A stretch of DNA of 64,000 nucleotides from the human T2T-CHM13v2.0 reference genome, Homo sapiens, in NCBI RefSeq assembly GCF_009914755.1, contig NC_060946.1; one strand, 5' to 3'. Shown piece after piece: positions 15,755-30,480 of the stretch (position 1 is the stretch's first letter; every line of letters starts with the position of its first letter). The notes under the pieces are model-generated. The model had not been told where the DNA came from. It saw only the letters and a list, made by a program, of their open reading frames with translations, and ran no database searches. A program made the position numbers and the translations under genes.

Positions 15755-15757
15755 TTA

Positions 15758-16122
<365 letters not shown>

Positions 16123-16400
16123 TTACCACTATTATTGTGAAAGAATAAGAAAAAATAGAAAGCATACATAGTCCAAAATATAAATGCTAACAGCTGAGTT
16201 ATAATCTTAAAGTTCTCCATGTTCTTTTTCATATGAACAGTCACATCAATACAAATATGAGGGGAAAAATCACATTCTTCTTCCTAAAGATTGCATATAA
16301 GAGATAGGCTAAGTAAAAGTAAACAAACCTCCCCCCCTGCATCTCCTGTTTTTCAAAAATGCCCCCTGGTTCCTCAGGAGGGAAAACTTTAAAGCATATA

Positions 16401-16730
16401 TAGTAGCCTCTTTTATCCACAGGGCATATGCTCCAAGACTCTCAGTAGATTCCTAACACTGCAGATAGCACTGAACCCTCATATACTGTTTTTTTTCCTA
16501 TACATATATAACTGTGAGAAAGTTTAACTTAACAAATCAGGCACAGTAAGAGATTAACAACAATACTAATAGTAACAGAACAATTATAACAATATAGTGT
16601 AATAAAAGTTACGTGAATGTGGCCTCCTTCTCGCTCTCTCTCAAAATACCATACCTTAGTATTTTCAGACTATGGTTGATCATGGGTAATTGAAACCATG
16701 AAAAGGGACACTGTGGATGGGGGGATTACT
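16401..16730 (-). mobile_element. MER44A (TcMar-Tigger)
   Basis: ggcacagtaagagattaacaacaat...taataaaagttacgtgaatgtgg; degenerate TIRs. Confidence 0.8.
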
Positions 16731-17630
16731 TTACTTAGATAAGCTTTTGGTCACAGTTGCTCTATGTTAGCGAACAACAGTCAGGTGACCATTTTAACTG
16801 AAATTAAGAAAGCTATAAACAATGCCATCTACTTATTTAGTTCTACAATGTGTTGCCATTGAAATCTGTAGATAATCTGATTATCATTTAAATAGCAATG
16901 ACTCAAAGAGTCTAAATATTGCTTATTGAGGTTTTCTAAGGTTCCACCAAGTTTGCAGCAGTGGTCATCATTTTCACAGTCCGGAGTGCCCCTATCTTTT
17001 ACACTGTTTAACACAGTGAAAAAATAGTACTTTGAATTTTCTCCCTCTTCTGCAAGATTTGCAAGGGCAGGTAATACATAGGAAAAAAGGATGCTTCTCC
17101 TTTTCCGCAAGACCACAAATCACACCAAACTATAAAAACATGGAAACTCTGTTTTTCCTGTGTTCTTGCTTAGGTATTTCTGCTAATGACTTTTTTCCCC
17201 CCATTAATTTTATCAGTCCTAGACTCTCTGAAACTATCCTACCACTAAACCTCACTCAATACTAAAGAATTTGATTCTAGTTTCAGATAATGTCTTGTAT
17301 AACGCATATACATACACACACAAAGCAATGCCATAGCCATTCTCCTCACACCTTCCACTTCTGCCAAACTTCTCAAACTCTTTCCTCATATAAGCTTTTA
17401 ACAACACTTTACTGACATCATTTTCATGTAATTTACTGTATCCCACTTTGTATTATAATTACTTACACATCTTACGCATTCTTCCTTAATACTCCTTGAA
17501 ATGAACTGTTCAACTGATTTTCACTCATAAATTAAAAATATATTCAATGCAACACTGCTTAATTTTCATTTAAAAGTATGTGTTCACTCTTCTGCTTCCA
17601 ATAAAGATGGAGTAACAAGAACCAGATTTA

Positions 17631-17942
<312 letters not shown>

Positions 17943-18516
17943 TTACCTGAAACTACTAAAAAAACCACAAAATACATGAAACAACAGCACTCAAGACATT
18001 GTCTAGTAGGCAAGGAAGGACAGAGATTCCAGAGTCAGGAAACAAGCAAGTTGAGCTTTACAACTGCCCCAACTTATCACATGGATAAAGTTTCCAGGCT
18101 GCAGCAGAGAAGGAAGGACCCAGGCAGAACCTGGTGGGTTCCATGAATTGAGAAGATAGACCTAGAAGTCTGGAGAAGCCAAGACAGCACAGGGGACGGT
18201 ACTGGAGAAAGTTGCAGAGAGAAAGAGAGCTCTAAAGATCTCAAGTACTCAGTTGAGTGATGACTGCCACATCTATGTGTGAAACTTCCAGAGGCTGGGG
18301 AAAGAACCACCTGAAAGAAATACAGGGAACAGTACTAGGAGCTCACACAGTGCCAAGAATAATCCTGTTCTTAACAGCCAGAGTGGAAAACCTAATGATG
18401 TAAGGAGCATCCATTAGAGTTTTAAAAAGAGTCTTGCCTCAGTGGCCAGGAAAAATTAACCAGAGACTAAACACAGCTCTAGTCCTGTCTAACAAAGCTT
18501 AAAAAACAAGACCTGA

Positions 18517-18859
<343 letters not shown>

Positions 18860-20190
18860 CTAAGAAACGCAGTTGTGCTGTAGATAAAGCTCAAGAATAT
18901 TTATAGACATAAAAAATTATCTAGAACCCAACAAGATAAAATTCACAATGTATGGCATCCAGTCAAAAATTACCAGGCATGCAAAGAAGCAGGAAAACTA
19001 CAACACATAATGCTGAGAAAAATAAATTAATCACAACTCACCCAGAACTAATACATATGTTAGAATTAGCAGATGAGGACATTAAAACATTTGTGTCTCA
19101 TATGTTCAAGATAAAAAAGGAAAAAAATGAACATGCTAAGAGACATGAGAGGTGTGAAAAAGACCTACATAAAAATTCTAGAGACGAAAGCTATAATCTG
19201 AGATTTAAAAAACACATATACACCCACTGGATTGGATTAATGGCAGACTAGATGTTGCAGGGAAAAAAAGGTAAGTACATTTGATGTTACCATATAGAAA
19301 AGATCCAAAAAGAAACAGAGAGAGGGAGGGAAAAAGACCTAAAAGAATAGTGAGCCTTGAAAATGACATAGAATGGCTGGTTAGGATCTGCTATATATCT
19401 GCGATGACAAGTTTTCAAAAGTAGTATGTAAAGAATCTAACTCTTGGCCATCTTGAGTGGAAGGCAAAGCAGAGAGGAAGATGACTATGCTCAATATACC
19501 ACATTTGGTATACTTGCCATGGGTTGCCAATCCCTAAGATTTCATTGTCACCTTCCACTTCTCTTTCTCTGTCGTGCCCTTTCCCCAGTTGCGGGAGTCA
19601 TGCCCTTCGTCCTTCCTGCCTGACTCCCCAGGAGGCTAGAGCTCCTATGCCATTTACCGTCATACACCCAGGCTTCCACTTTCACTAAAACATCTACAAT
19701 ACAAGAGTTTCCTGTGTCCCTCAAATAGTTGTTTATTCCAAAATCCTCCCAATCTTCTAGCCATGTAAAGCATCTATTTCCCAAACTACATGTGTGCTAA
19801 GTATTAACTGATTTAAGTAATAAGCATTAGGTTACAAGTGACTACCCAATTTAACTCTCCCATTCAACATTTCAAAAGAGGACACTATCAATGAATTAGC
19901 AAGTTAAAAATCATTAATTAACTCAAAAGAAATATTTGCTGGATGCTGACACTGGTGATATAGTCCCAATCCTGAAAGAAACTATAGTCTGATGGAAAAA
20001 CACAGAAATATACTCACAATTATAGTACCATATAAGCTAAACGAACAATGCATACAGAATGTTAATGAAGCACAGAGGGACAACTGTGTGAGACAGGAAG
20101 ATTTCTGAAGTAGGTGAAGTCTAAGCTGAACCTTTAAAGACAAATTAATCATGTGGGAGAAAAATGCATCTGGCCCAAAGTAATAAATAA

Positions 20191-20526
20191 TAGTCATGTA
20201 TCACTTGATGACAGGGATATGTTCTGAGAAACGTGTCCTTAAGCAAGTGTCTTTGTGTGAACATCACACAGTGTACTTACACAAATTTAGATGGTATTGC
20301 CTACTACACACCTAGACTATATGGCATCGCCTATTGCTCCTAGGCTACAAACTTGTACAGCATGTGACTATACTGAATACTGTAGGCAAGCATAACACAA
20401 ACCTAAGTATTTGTGTGTCTAAATATAGAAAAGGGACAGTAAAAATACAGTATTATAATCTTATGGAACCACTATTGTGTATGCAGTCTGTCGTTGACCC
20501 AAATGTTGTTATACAGTATATAACTA
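20191..20526 (+). mobile_element. Tigger3a (TcMar-Tigger)
   Basis: cctactacacacctag...gcctattgctcctaggctacaaac core. Confidence 0.85.
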
Positions 20527-20806
20527 CATGAAAAATGTTTTTAAAAAAATATGAAAATGTATATGAAAAGCAATAAGGTATAAAATACAGCATATGGAGG
20601 GAGAAAGGAAGTAAAGAAGGAGAAGAATCTTCATATTTTCTGGGGCTGGGGAAATAAGAGAGCAAATCAGGGGATTCATTCTATTATAAAAGGGATCCAT
20701 CATGACCTGCTAGAACCACTCAAAACTGTCTCTCTGTCATGAAGCTATATGGGAAAACCTTACGTATGCTATAAAGGAAATTGCGAGGTCCTGTATCCCT
20801 CTGAGT

Positions 20807-21442
20807 CAGGGATCAGCAAACTATAGCTTGTGGTTCAAAGCCAGCCCTCCACCTACTTTTGCATAACCTGCAAGCTAAGCATGGTTTTACGTTTTTAAAT
20901 AGTTAAGAGGCCAGGCACGGTGGCTTACGCCTGTAATCCCAGCACTTTGGGAGGCCGAGGTGGGCAGATCACAAGGTCAGGAGATCGAGACCATCCTGGC
21001 TAACATGGTGAAATCCTGTCTCTACTAAAATTACAAAAAATTAGCCAGGCATGGTGGCAGGCACCTGCCCTTGGGAGGCTGAGGCAGGAGAATGGCGTGA
21101 ACCCAGGAGGCAGAGCTGGCAGTGATCCGAGATCGCACCACTGCACTCCAGCCTGGGTGATAGTGAGAGACTCTGTCTCAAAAAAAAAATAATAATAAAT
21201 TAAAAATAAAGTTAAAAGAATCATATTTTGTGACACATACATATTACATGGAACTTAAATTTCAGTGTCCGTAAATAGTTTTACTGGAACACAGCTACAA
21301 CCAACGATTCATTTACTTATCATCTATAGCTTCTTCAATGCTTCATCAGCACAGCCGGGTAGTTGTGACAGAAACAACATGGCTTGCAAAGCCAAAATTG
21401 TTTACTATCTGGCCCTTTACAGAAAAAGTTCGTGGATCTTTG
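20807..21442 (+). mobile_element. MER58B (hAT-Charlie) interrupted by AluY
   Basis: cagggatcagcaaacta...tttactatctggccctttacagaaaaag. Confidence 0.8.
20909..21200 (+). mobile_element. AluY with small internal deletion
   Basis: gagaatggcgtgaaccc diagnostic. Confidence 0.9.
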
Positions 21443-21833
21443 CTCTCAGTTAAGAGTCTTTTCAAAACCCAATCTCCTTCACTTAAGTCCCAGTTTGTCT
21501 CTTCCAAACTTCTTATGAGGAATCATAATTAACATTAGGAAAAAAGAATACAGTTGTATCATTTGTGGACATAAAAGCATTCATTTATAATTTCATAAAA
21601 TAATTATTGACTTCCATTACTCAGTGACAGTAACCTTTGAGGGATCAGGGCAAGACTCAGATACTAAAAGACAGGTAGATTCCTGCCAATCAGCTGAGGG
21701 CATGCTTTATAGTGGAGAGAAAAACAATATTCTATTTATTCTTTTTAGGAGTTCAAGGTAATATCCCTTCATTTTTGAAATTATAAATTGCCAACAACAC
21801 TACATGTTCAATGAGCTATACAAACTGACTAAA

Positions 21834-22142
<309 letters not shown>

Positions 22143-22169
22143 CTAAAGCCAAACATGTTATCATAAAAC

Positions 22170-22835
22170 AAAACTTATAACAAAGATATGATACTTAATA
22201 CTCATAACTGTAGAATGTTTAGCAAATGCTGGGAAGGAGGCAGGGGATGGAGAGAGGTTGGTTACTGGGTACAAAAACACAGAAGAAATAAGTTCTTGGC
22301 CAGGTGCAGTGGCTCGCACCTGTAATCCAAGCACTCTGGGATGCAGAGGCAGGCAGATCACTTGAGGTCAGAATTTCGAGAGCAGCCTGGCCAACATGGT
22401 GAAACCCTGTCTCTACTAAAATTACAAAATTAGCCAGGTGTGGTGGCATGCACCCGTAGTCCTACCTACTTGGGAGGCTGAGGCAGGAGAATCACTTGAA
22501 CCCAGGAGGCGCAGATTGCAGTGAGCCAAGATCTGAGCCAAGACTGCACCACTGTACTCCAGCCTGGGCAACATAGTGAGATTCAGTCTCCAAAACAAAG
22601 AAGAAGAAGAAGTTCTAATATTCAACAGCACAGTGACTATAGTTAACAATAATTTATTGTGTATTTCAAAATAGCTAGAAGGGGAGATTTGAAATGTTCT
22701 CTATACAAAGAAATGATAAATATTTGAGGTCATGGGTATCCTAATTACTGATTTGATCATTACACATTATACGCATGTATCAAAATATCATATGTACCCC
22801 ATAAATATGTATAATTATGCATCAATAAAACTTAA
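22170..22835 (+). mobile_element. L1MA 3' end split by Alu
   Basis: gtgactatagttaacaataatttattg...atgtaccccataaatatgta...aataaa. Confidence 0.8.
22298..22610 (+). mobile_element. AluS
   Basis: Alu dimer with short internal duplication tgagccaaga. Confidence 0.9.
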
Positions 22836-23199
22836 AAAGTAATCATAATTGATATTTTTACTTAGTGATTAGACATAAATGACAAATCATTCATATAAAT
22901 TAATGCAACTAGTCCAGGACAGTCAGTAAACATTCTGGAAACCGTATGTTTTCATATCTATGAGGAGTAATTCAAGGAAGTAGGAAAAATAAGCAAGGCA
23001 ACAGAAGATTAAAGGGAACGTTCAGCAGTATCTTCAAATATTTGGTTTTTATGTAGAAGACATGAAACCACTCAATGCAACTCCAGATGAGAAAATGAGA
23101 AGGAGTGAGAAGACAATCATGAAAACAGATTTCAGCTCATAAAGAAAACTTTTCTACTTATCATGGCCAACAATGGAACTATTTATCTTATGAGGTTCA

Positions 23200-24670
23200 C
23201 AGAATAATGGAAGAGCATGCGAATTTGGGACTAAATAGATCTCCAGTTTGAAACCTATCTCTCTCTGTTTCCAGGCTGCCTGATCTTTAGAATCTCAAAG
23301 TCTCCTGCAAAAAATGGGAAAAACCTCACCTATCTCAAAGATGATTGACAAGTGATACATAATATGAATAATTATGTTTGTAAATGTGCTATGTATGTAA
23401 AATTGACTGGCACAAAGTAGGTATAAAAAAACAAAAACATTTTTATAATGGTCATTATTAGTGGTGGTTAAGAACAGAAATGCTGGAGCCAAACTCCTTG
23501 GGTTTCCTAATTTCTACAACATGGACATTAATAGTACTGCTGAGTAAGTATATAAGGCTGCTGAGTGGAATAAATGCTCTAAAATATGTAAAGCACTTAA
23601 GACAATGCTTAATGCACAGTATGTGCTCTGCATTATTATTTAGTATTATTAGATAATATTAATATTTTTATCATAGAATAATGTATACTTTATTACATAT
23701 TATAAGAATGAAGTAATCTTATTCAACAATGAATTCCATTACTGCAAGTGTTTTATCAAAGTCTTAAGTCAGGGATGGAAATTTCAGAAATGAATCAGAG
23801 TCTCAACTAAATTAATTTATTCACACATTCAACAAATATTTACTGAATACCCAATACCTACAAGGGGCATTAGAGTACAGTGGTTAAGAATATCAATTTC
23901 TAAGCCAGTCTGTCTGGATATCATTCCCCACAACATCTCTTAGTAGCTGTCTGAACTTGGGCAAGTTACTTAACCGTCATATGCCTAGTTTCCTCTTTTG
24001 TACAATGGAGATAACACAGAGCTGCTGAGAGGATTCAATGAGTTAATGAGGGTAAAGTGCTTAGAACGGTATCTGATATTAATGCATCATAAGCATATAT
24101 AAAGATTAGCTATTTTTATTATGACTATGTGCCAGGCACTGTTCTACACACTGGGAATACAACAGACTGCTGACGAGGATCCTGATCTCAGGGAGCTTCT
24201 GTTTGGGGTCGGGGAGGAGACAGACAACAAACAAACATATAACAATCAACGGTAAGAACTAAAATCAGTGACAAGTGAAGACAAAGCAGAATGAAGGTAG
24301 GAGTGATGAGGGAGTGCTGGTTTAGCTAGGAAAGTTAAGGGAGAGGTCGCCCTTGAGAAGAAATATTCAAGAGTAGAACAAACCATATGGGTACCAGTGG
24401 GAAGACATTTTGGGCAGGGAGAAAAGCAGAAGGGTCCTGAGCAGGAGGGTCTTAGGCATGTTAAGAGAACAGCAAAGAGGCCAGTGTCATTAGAATGAAA
24501 TACAGAAAGAAAAGGATGGCAGGAGATGAGACTAGAGAGACAGCCAGGTTCCTGATCATGCAGGGTCACAGGATTTTATTCAGAGACTGAAGGGGAGCAA
24601 CTGTAAGGTATAAGCACAGGAATGACAAAATCAGACTTGCATTTTAAATGATTCACTCTGGCAATGACCT
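23200..24670. mobile_element. MIR and L2 cluster
   Basis: MIR cores; L2 3' end cattcaacaaatatttactga with nested MIR at about 23860-24120. Confidence 0.7.
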
Positions 24671-26066
24671 CTAATGAATTAGTTTCCTGAATTTAATCAT
24701 TCTAATAGTAATAGAGAAACATTTAAGAGTCTGGGGAATAGACACAATACATTGTGATGGCAGAATGCAGCATTTCTCACTGCCTAGAAGAGGTTGAACA
24801 CTGGAGCCCACTAAGAAAGGTGCTACAATCAAAAGAGCAAAGTATTTACTGCAGGGGAGCCTTGTATTTGTGCCTGGCAAATTTCACATACAAAATGTTG
24901 GGAGGAAATGTTCAAAAAAGATTTGACAGTGGTTTGGAAATGTTGAAAAAAAAGAGTGAGGAATTATGACTTCGGAAGGGAACATGTGGGATACCAATAA
25001 TGTCAGATCCCGGAGAGGAATGGTATACCAGAAGGAGACCAGGGTGGGTAAGGGGGTGCTGTATCACCTAGTATGACTGGTTCCCAGAAACTATCTGTCT
25101 ACCATAAACAGATGTCCAAGAAACAACCCCTAGGTAAGGAATTACATGATGAAAAGTTCAAATTTGAGAGAGATAAAATTGTTTACATATGGCAATCTGT
25201 GTAGATCAGAGTTTGGAATTTCTCAGGGGAGAACAGAAAACTGGAGGAACAAAACCAGGAATTTGAGCTTATGCCTTATCACTGAGAGGAATGAGGAATG
25301 TCATTACTGTTCAATATGAAGATGTCTCCTGTAGCAATACAAATTTAAGTAATAGGTTGTCAAATATTAAGCTTACCTAGACTCAATTGCAAAGCTAAGG
25401 AGAAAGATAAAGGAAAAAATAGAGAAGGGGGCCAAAAAAGAAAGAGAAAAGTGTGTGTGATTAGGGGGTGACTAAGACGGAAAAAACAATTTAATGAGTC
25501 AAGATTGCTCGGATTTCATCATAGCTTCATTTATGAAATTCTGTTTATCTTTTCAAGAAAGCTAAGTAATTTTTAGAAAAGCAATACTTTTCAAGAGACA
25601 ATCTTGGCCTCAGCGAAGAAATGATTATAACTGAAGATATGGAGCAATGTAGAAGAATTCAGAAAGAAACCAAATCTCTGGAAAAAGTGAGGCTTTTTTT
25701 TTTCATTGTAAAGGAACATAAATTCAGTCTCCAACCCACAATCCCCGCCTATCCTCCAACTCCCCAAATCCTGCAAAGCCCATAGAAAGTGGAAAGTGTG
25801 CCAAAACAAACAGTGTGGCTGCAGCTCCGTGGATGAAGGGTGGGATAAGGTTCGAGTGGCAAGGGAGCATGACTGGCAGGCAACCGAATGGAATCACTTT
25901 AAAGCAGTGCCACAAAATGGAGACTAAATGCTGAGAGGACCTCCAGAATTCAAAGAAAATGGGATATGCTTAGCAAAATCACAGAATAGATTCTCTACTC
26001 CAACTCCTTTCAAAAACCAGACAAACAAAAACAGGAAAAGAGAAAATGAAACAAAGCAAAACATAC

Positions 26067-26186
26067 CTGCTCTCTTATCTGTCTTTAATTAAAGCATAAA
26101 ATACCCTCCCTCTTCTCTTCTCCCAACCACCCAGGAACAGAAGAGCGAACTGGCAGCAGCTCAGGTGAAAGACTTCAGCCTTCCAG
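26067..26186 (-). other. RBFOX2: Candidate RBFOX2 120-nt alternative exon (cassette, or 3' part of a non-coding first exon)
   Basis: Acceptor CTATCTCCCCTCTTTGTAG| (AG 26187-26188) and donor CAG|GTATGT (26061-26066) in repeat-free sequence. Confidence 0.6.
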
Positions 26187-27234
26187 CTACAAAGAGGGGA
26201 GATAGCAGACAATGGAACTGGTGATTCATTACAAAAGAATACACTCCAGAGCGGCCTGCTGCCACATGGACTCACTGCACTATTTAAAGGAACAGCAACC
26301 CCCTTTCCAACCTCCCTTATTCCTAACACCTTCCCTCCTCTTGGTCCTGATGGAAAACAGATTTTGAAGAAAATGCCAGCAAAGCACTGAGCTGTCCAAG
26401 AAAGGGAGGGCTTTGTGTTCCACAGAAACTGGCAGTCTTATACCATAGTAGAGTACAAAAATTTTCTTTCACATCCATACTGTAAAATCTTTTCCTCTCT
26501 GCCTAGTACACTTTCCCTTTCAACAATAGATAGTATAACTGAATTTGAGTTTGGCTAAACATTTATTTTTTACTAATTAGTGTTGAAGTCATTTGCAATT
26601 TTGTTTTTCGAATTTTACACATAGTACAAGAATGATTTATCTTTCCTTCATATTCCATATTGCTATTTTCATAAATATGAGATGCAATAATCTGGTCTAT
26701 ATGCCCAAAAAATAAGAGATCTCAGTGAAATACTCCTACAACATACACATGAACAGCCGATAAAATTAACGTTTTAAGTATCACATAAGCATGTCTATCG
26801 GCTATATTAGAATTTTGTGATTAAATTGCCATTTGCTTTTTAGCAGAGCACTGATTACTTACTATAAATGACAGAGTAGTTTGATAATTAAAACAAAAAC
26901 AGGCCCTATAAAAGTAGAGCATATGTAATAATAAAGCGCATACACTGTGCAAATACTGACAAGGATCTAATATGGTATGATGAAAAAGTCATTCACTGAA
27001 AGCCCTTTTCCAACAGCTGAGCAATGGAAACTGGGGACTACAGAGATGGTATCATCTGAAGATGCAAAGAACCTAAGTAGCAAAACAGTGAAAACACATC
27101 CATACATCGCTCTTACATTGTAATAAACCGTTTAACTTTGAAAACCCAGGCCTAACCACCAGTATAGACATTCTATATTGAGAAAGCTTATGTGACAGGT
27201 CATTATCAAATGTTGGGATTGGATGTCTGGCTCA

Positions 27235-27290
27235 AACACACACACACACACATGTGCACACACACACACACACGCAGGCACAACACAACA
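27235..27290. repeat. Interrupted (CA)n
   Basis: Direct. Confidence 0.9.
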
Positions 27291-28006
27291 CAACCACAGG
27301 ACAAATGAAAGACTTGGCCCAGCTGGTTATTTCCTTTGATTGTTTTCCCCCTAGATTACTAACAACTATGTACATTACATTAACACAGAAAGTATATACA
27401 ACAAAACAAATACGCTGGAATACTGAAAATTCACAAATTTGATATTCTATCCTTGCCAGTTGTATAATTTCAGGATGGGCAAAAACTCATAACTTTTCTT
27501 CAATATTTAGCACATCCTGATAAAACAGGTGATTTTATTATTAGAATTATTAAGCACCCCAGAATCTCTCTTTCCAGTTTCCATTTATTTCTTCTACTTC
27601 ATTCCTAAACTTATGGCTTCTTTAAATACTAATTATTACGACCACAATATTAAGTGTGCATAAGCATGTGCACTCTAACTTAATGGTCACACACACTACA
27701 CTTACCAGCTCCTCTAGAAACTAAGGGGAAATGTTCCAAGAGGCAATAGAAAACTCATCATAAAAATTTCCATTTTAGATCATTCTTTCACTAGTTTAAA
27801 AAATAAATAATGAAAAGTCAAGTCATTGAAAAGCCTTCAGTAATTGCTAAGCAAGAAGAGAGCTGTTACCCTCTAATATTGCCAGTTAATAAAAATTGAA
27901 TGAGGGCTCTAAGGTTAAGCAAGTATCATCTCCCAAGCAAAAAGAGAATCCAGAAACAGGATTTATCTTTTATGTAAATTTTTTTTAAAAAATAAAGCAG
28001 TATTTC

Positions 28007-28445
<439 letters not shown>

Positions 28446-29119
28446 ATAAAGCAGTATTTCAAAAGAGGTAATTAGACTGATGATGAGGGGATAACACATG
28501 GAAGAGAAACATTTCAAAAGCTTCTCCGCTTTTCCAAAAGAGGAAGGAGTTTGTTGAAATTTTCTAAACTCAGATTTGGTGAAAAATTACTTTGAAAAGA
28601 TATATTTGAAACTTCTTTCCTCTGGGTCCCAATGGGAAAATATCCCTACAGGTTTCCCTCCTTCCAAACAGCACTGCAGGGCATTATATAACTAAACAGG
28701 ATTCCAGCTCCTAAAATGATGCCTCCATCCTGATAACTAGCTGGCTCTCTCGCCCTCCGGTGGTTACTGGGAGAGGAAGAGAAGAGAGAACACAAAAAAA
28801 GGGCAACCTCCTTAAAAGGAAAGCACTGTCCAGTGATGAAATTTCCACAGAGCATAGAAACCTGGAGTGAAACTGATCTTAAGTCTGAGACTAAAGGATT
28901 TGAATGTCCTACAGTGTAAATGATTTCTCATTGATAAATCAGAGCCTCATCATTTCCTCTTAACCTATACATAAAGGAAAAAGGGTAATGGAGCGTACAG
29001 AAGGATGCTAACAAGAAAAATTGCCTTGCCAGGGAGAACTGTGGAAGAGCATTCACCTTTCCATTTGTCAGGAATGACTTGCTAAAATGCAGATTAGATA
29101 TTGCCTGGCATAACCAAAA

Positions 29120-29255
29120 AGAGGCAGGGAGAAAGAGGGGAAAAGGATGAGGAGAGAAAGGGGGATTGAGGGGGTTGGGGGAGAGAGTGAGTGGGAGTGG
29201 GAGAGAGAGAAGAGAAGAGAGAAAAACGAGAGGGGAGACAGAGGGAGGAGAGGTA
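29120..29255. repeat. GA-rich low-complexity tract
   Basis: Direct. Confidence 0.8.
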
Positions 29256-29938
29256 TCTTCCATTTCCTACTCTCTCTCCTTCAAATGTATTTTAAAGCCT
29301 GTGTGATTGTGATTTATACATTCAGATTCGTTCTCCTGTCAAGGAGGGCTCTACCTGCCTCTGTCACACCTGAATGCTCCTACTGAAAATTTTCTTTGCC
29401 AGTAACAAAGGCATGAAAATGAAACATTCTTTTCTAACCTTCATTTTTAATAAGCAGTTTAGAGTAACAGCAAAACTACAATTCCATAGCCAATCCTGAG
29501 AAACCAAAGTGAACAAGGAATCAGATTTCCCTATAACACAAATTCTTCTGAAATTCTTAAAAGGAATCCTGCTCCCCTCTTTTTGGCAGTCTACAAGAAT
29601 CTCTTCCTACCTCTGCAGTCTTTCTCTCCCTCCCTCTTCTCAGAACCAAGACAAAGAGGTAGACAAATCCCCACAGGGTCTTTCCTGAGCTACAGCTGCA
29701 CAGTACAGGAAACAGGAATCTGCTATGGAGTTGAGGGAGGGGGAAGAAAGGATACGGATACATAACACACACATAAACGGACTCAACAGACACAGACTTT
29801 TCAGCTGATAACAATAAATCTGGTCTGTTCTAAGAAGACAATAATGATTAAAACTCTTCTTACTATACTCCACCCTCAAACCTTTATTTAGATCCCAGAG
29901 AGGAGAAAAGAAACATGCCGAGGAAGCACAAATCTTAC

Positions 29939-29965
29939 CTGAGTTACCATTTTCTTTTTCTCCAT
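29939..29965 (-). CDS. RBFOX2: RBFOX2 alternative first coding exon (N-terminus MEKKKMVTQ), phase-0 donor
   Basis: Minus strand reads ATG GAG AAA AAG AAA ATG GTA ACT CAG|GTAAGA. MEKKKMVTQ matches the recalled RBFOX2 isoform N-terminus MEKKKMVTQGNQEPTT. Consensus donor at 29934-29938. Confidence 0.93.
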
Positions 29966-30371
29966 AAACCAAACGGATAGATGATAAACCTTTCAAAGCA
30001 GCCGTGCTGGGGCACACCTCCACAGCTTTCTTTTCCACCCCCCTCCCCCCCCAATCTAGCTATTTAAGGGTGGGTAATTGATCTCTCTTTATACCGTTTT
30101 CCTTCCTTTTTCTTTCTAATGTTTCTTCCTTTCTTTTCTCTTCCTCTCTGGCAGTCTCTCCCCCTCCTTCTTTCTCCAGCTCCCTCCCATATCTCAGGCA
30201 GATGGCTGAAGGAAGCCCCACCCCTGAATGCCTAAGGTAATTAATCAGAGTAGAGCCCCACCTCTTCCTCCTCCCCCCACCCCCTCCCAGCAGGCTGACA
30301 TCTCCCAACTCCAGAAGCAGGCCTGCTGGAGAATGGCAGTTTGGTGTACGCTGTGCGCACGCGTGTGTGCG

Positions 30372-30404
<33 letters not shown>

Positions 30405-30480
30405 AGGGGGGAGGAGGTAGGGAGGGGCAAGCGCCATGTGCTGGCATATTTTAAGGATGCGATGATGGAATTAATTATAT
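29966..30480 (-). promoter_or_regulatory. RBFOX2: 5'UTR and internal promoter of the RBFOX2 MEKKK isoform
   Basis: No transposons; TATA/MEF2-like CCCTTAAATAG (30060-30070), G-runs, GA-rich tract, NRF1-like TGCGCACGCG (30354-30363) and (GT)n directly upstream of the ATG. Exact TSS cannot be determined. Confidence 0.7.
30352..30404. repeat. (GC/GT)n alternating purine-pyrimidine tract
   Basis: Direct. Confidence 0.95.

Noticed and set aside
18952-19251. 99-aa ORF
   Set aside because: Decayed L1 ORF1 region.
29640-30038. 132-aa minus ORF starting 'MEKKAV', resembling MEKKK
   Set aside because: GTG start, out of frame with the real ATG (73-nt offset), and it reads through the donor; the similarity reflects GA-rich composition.
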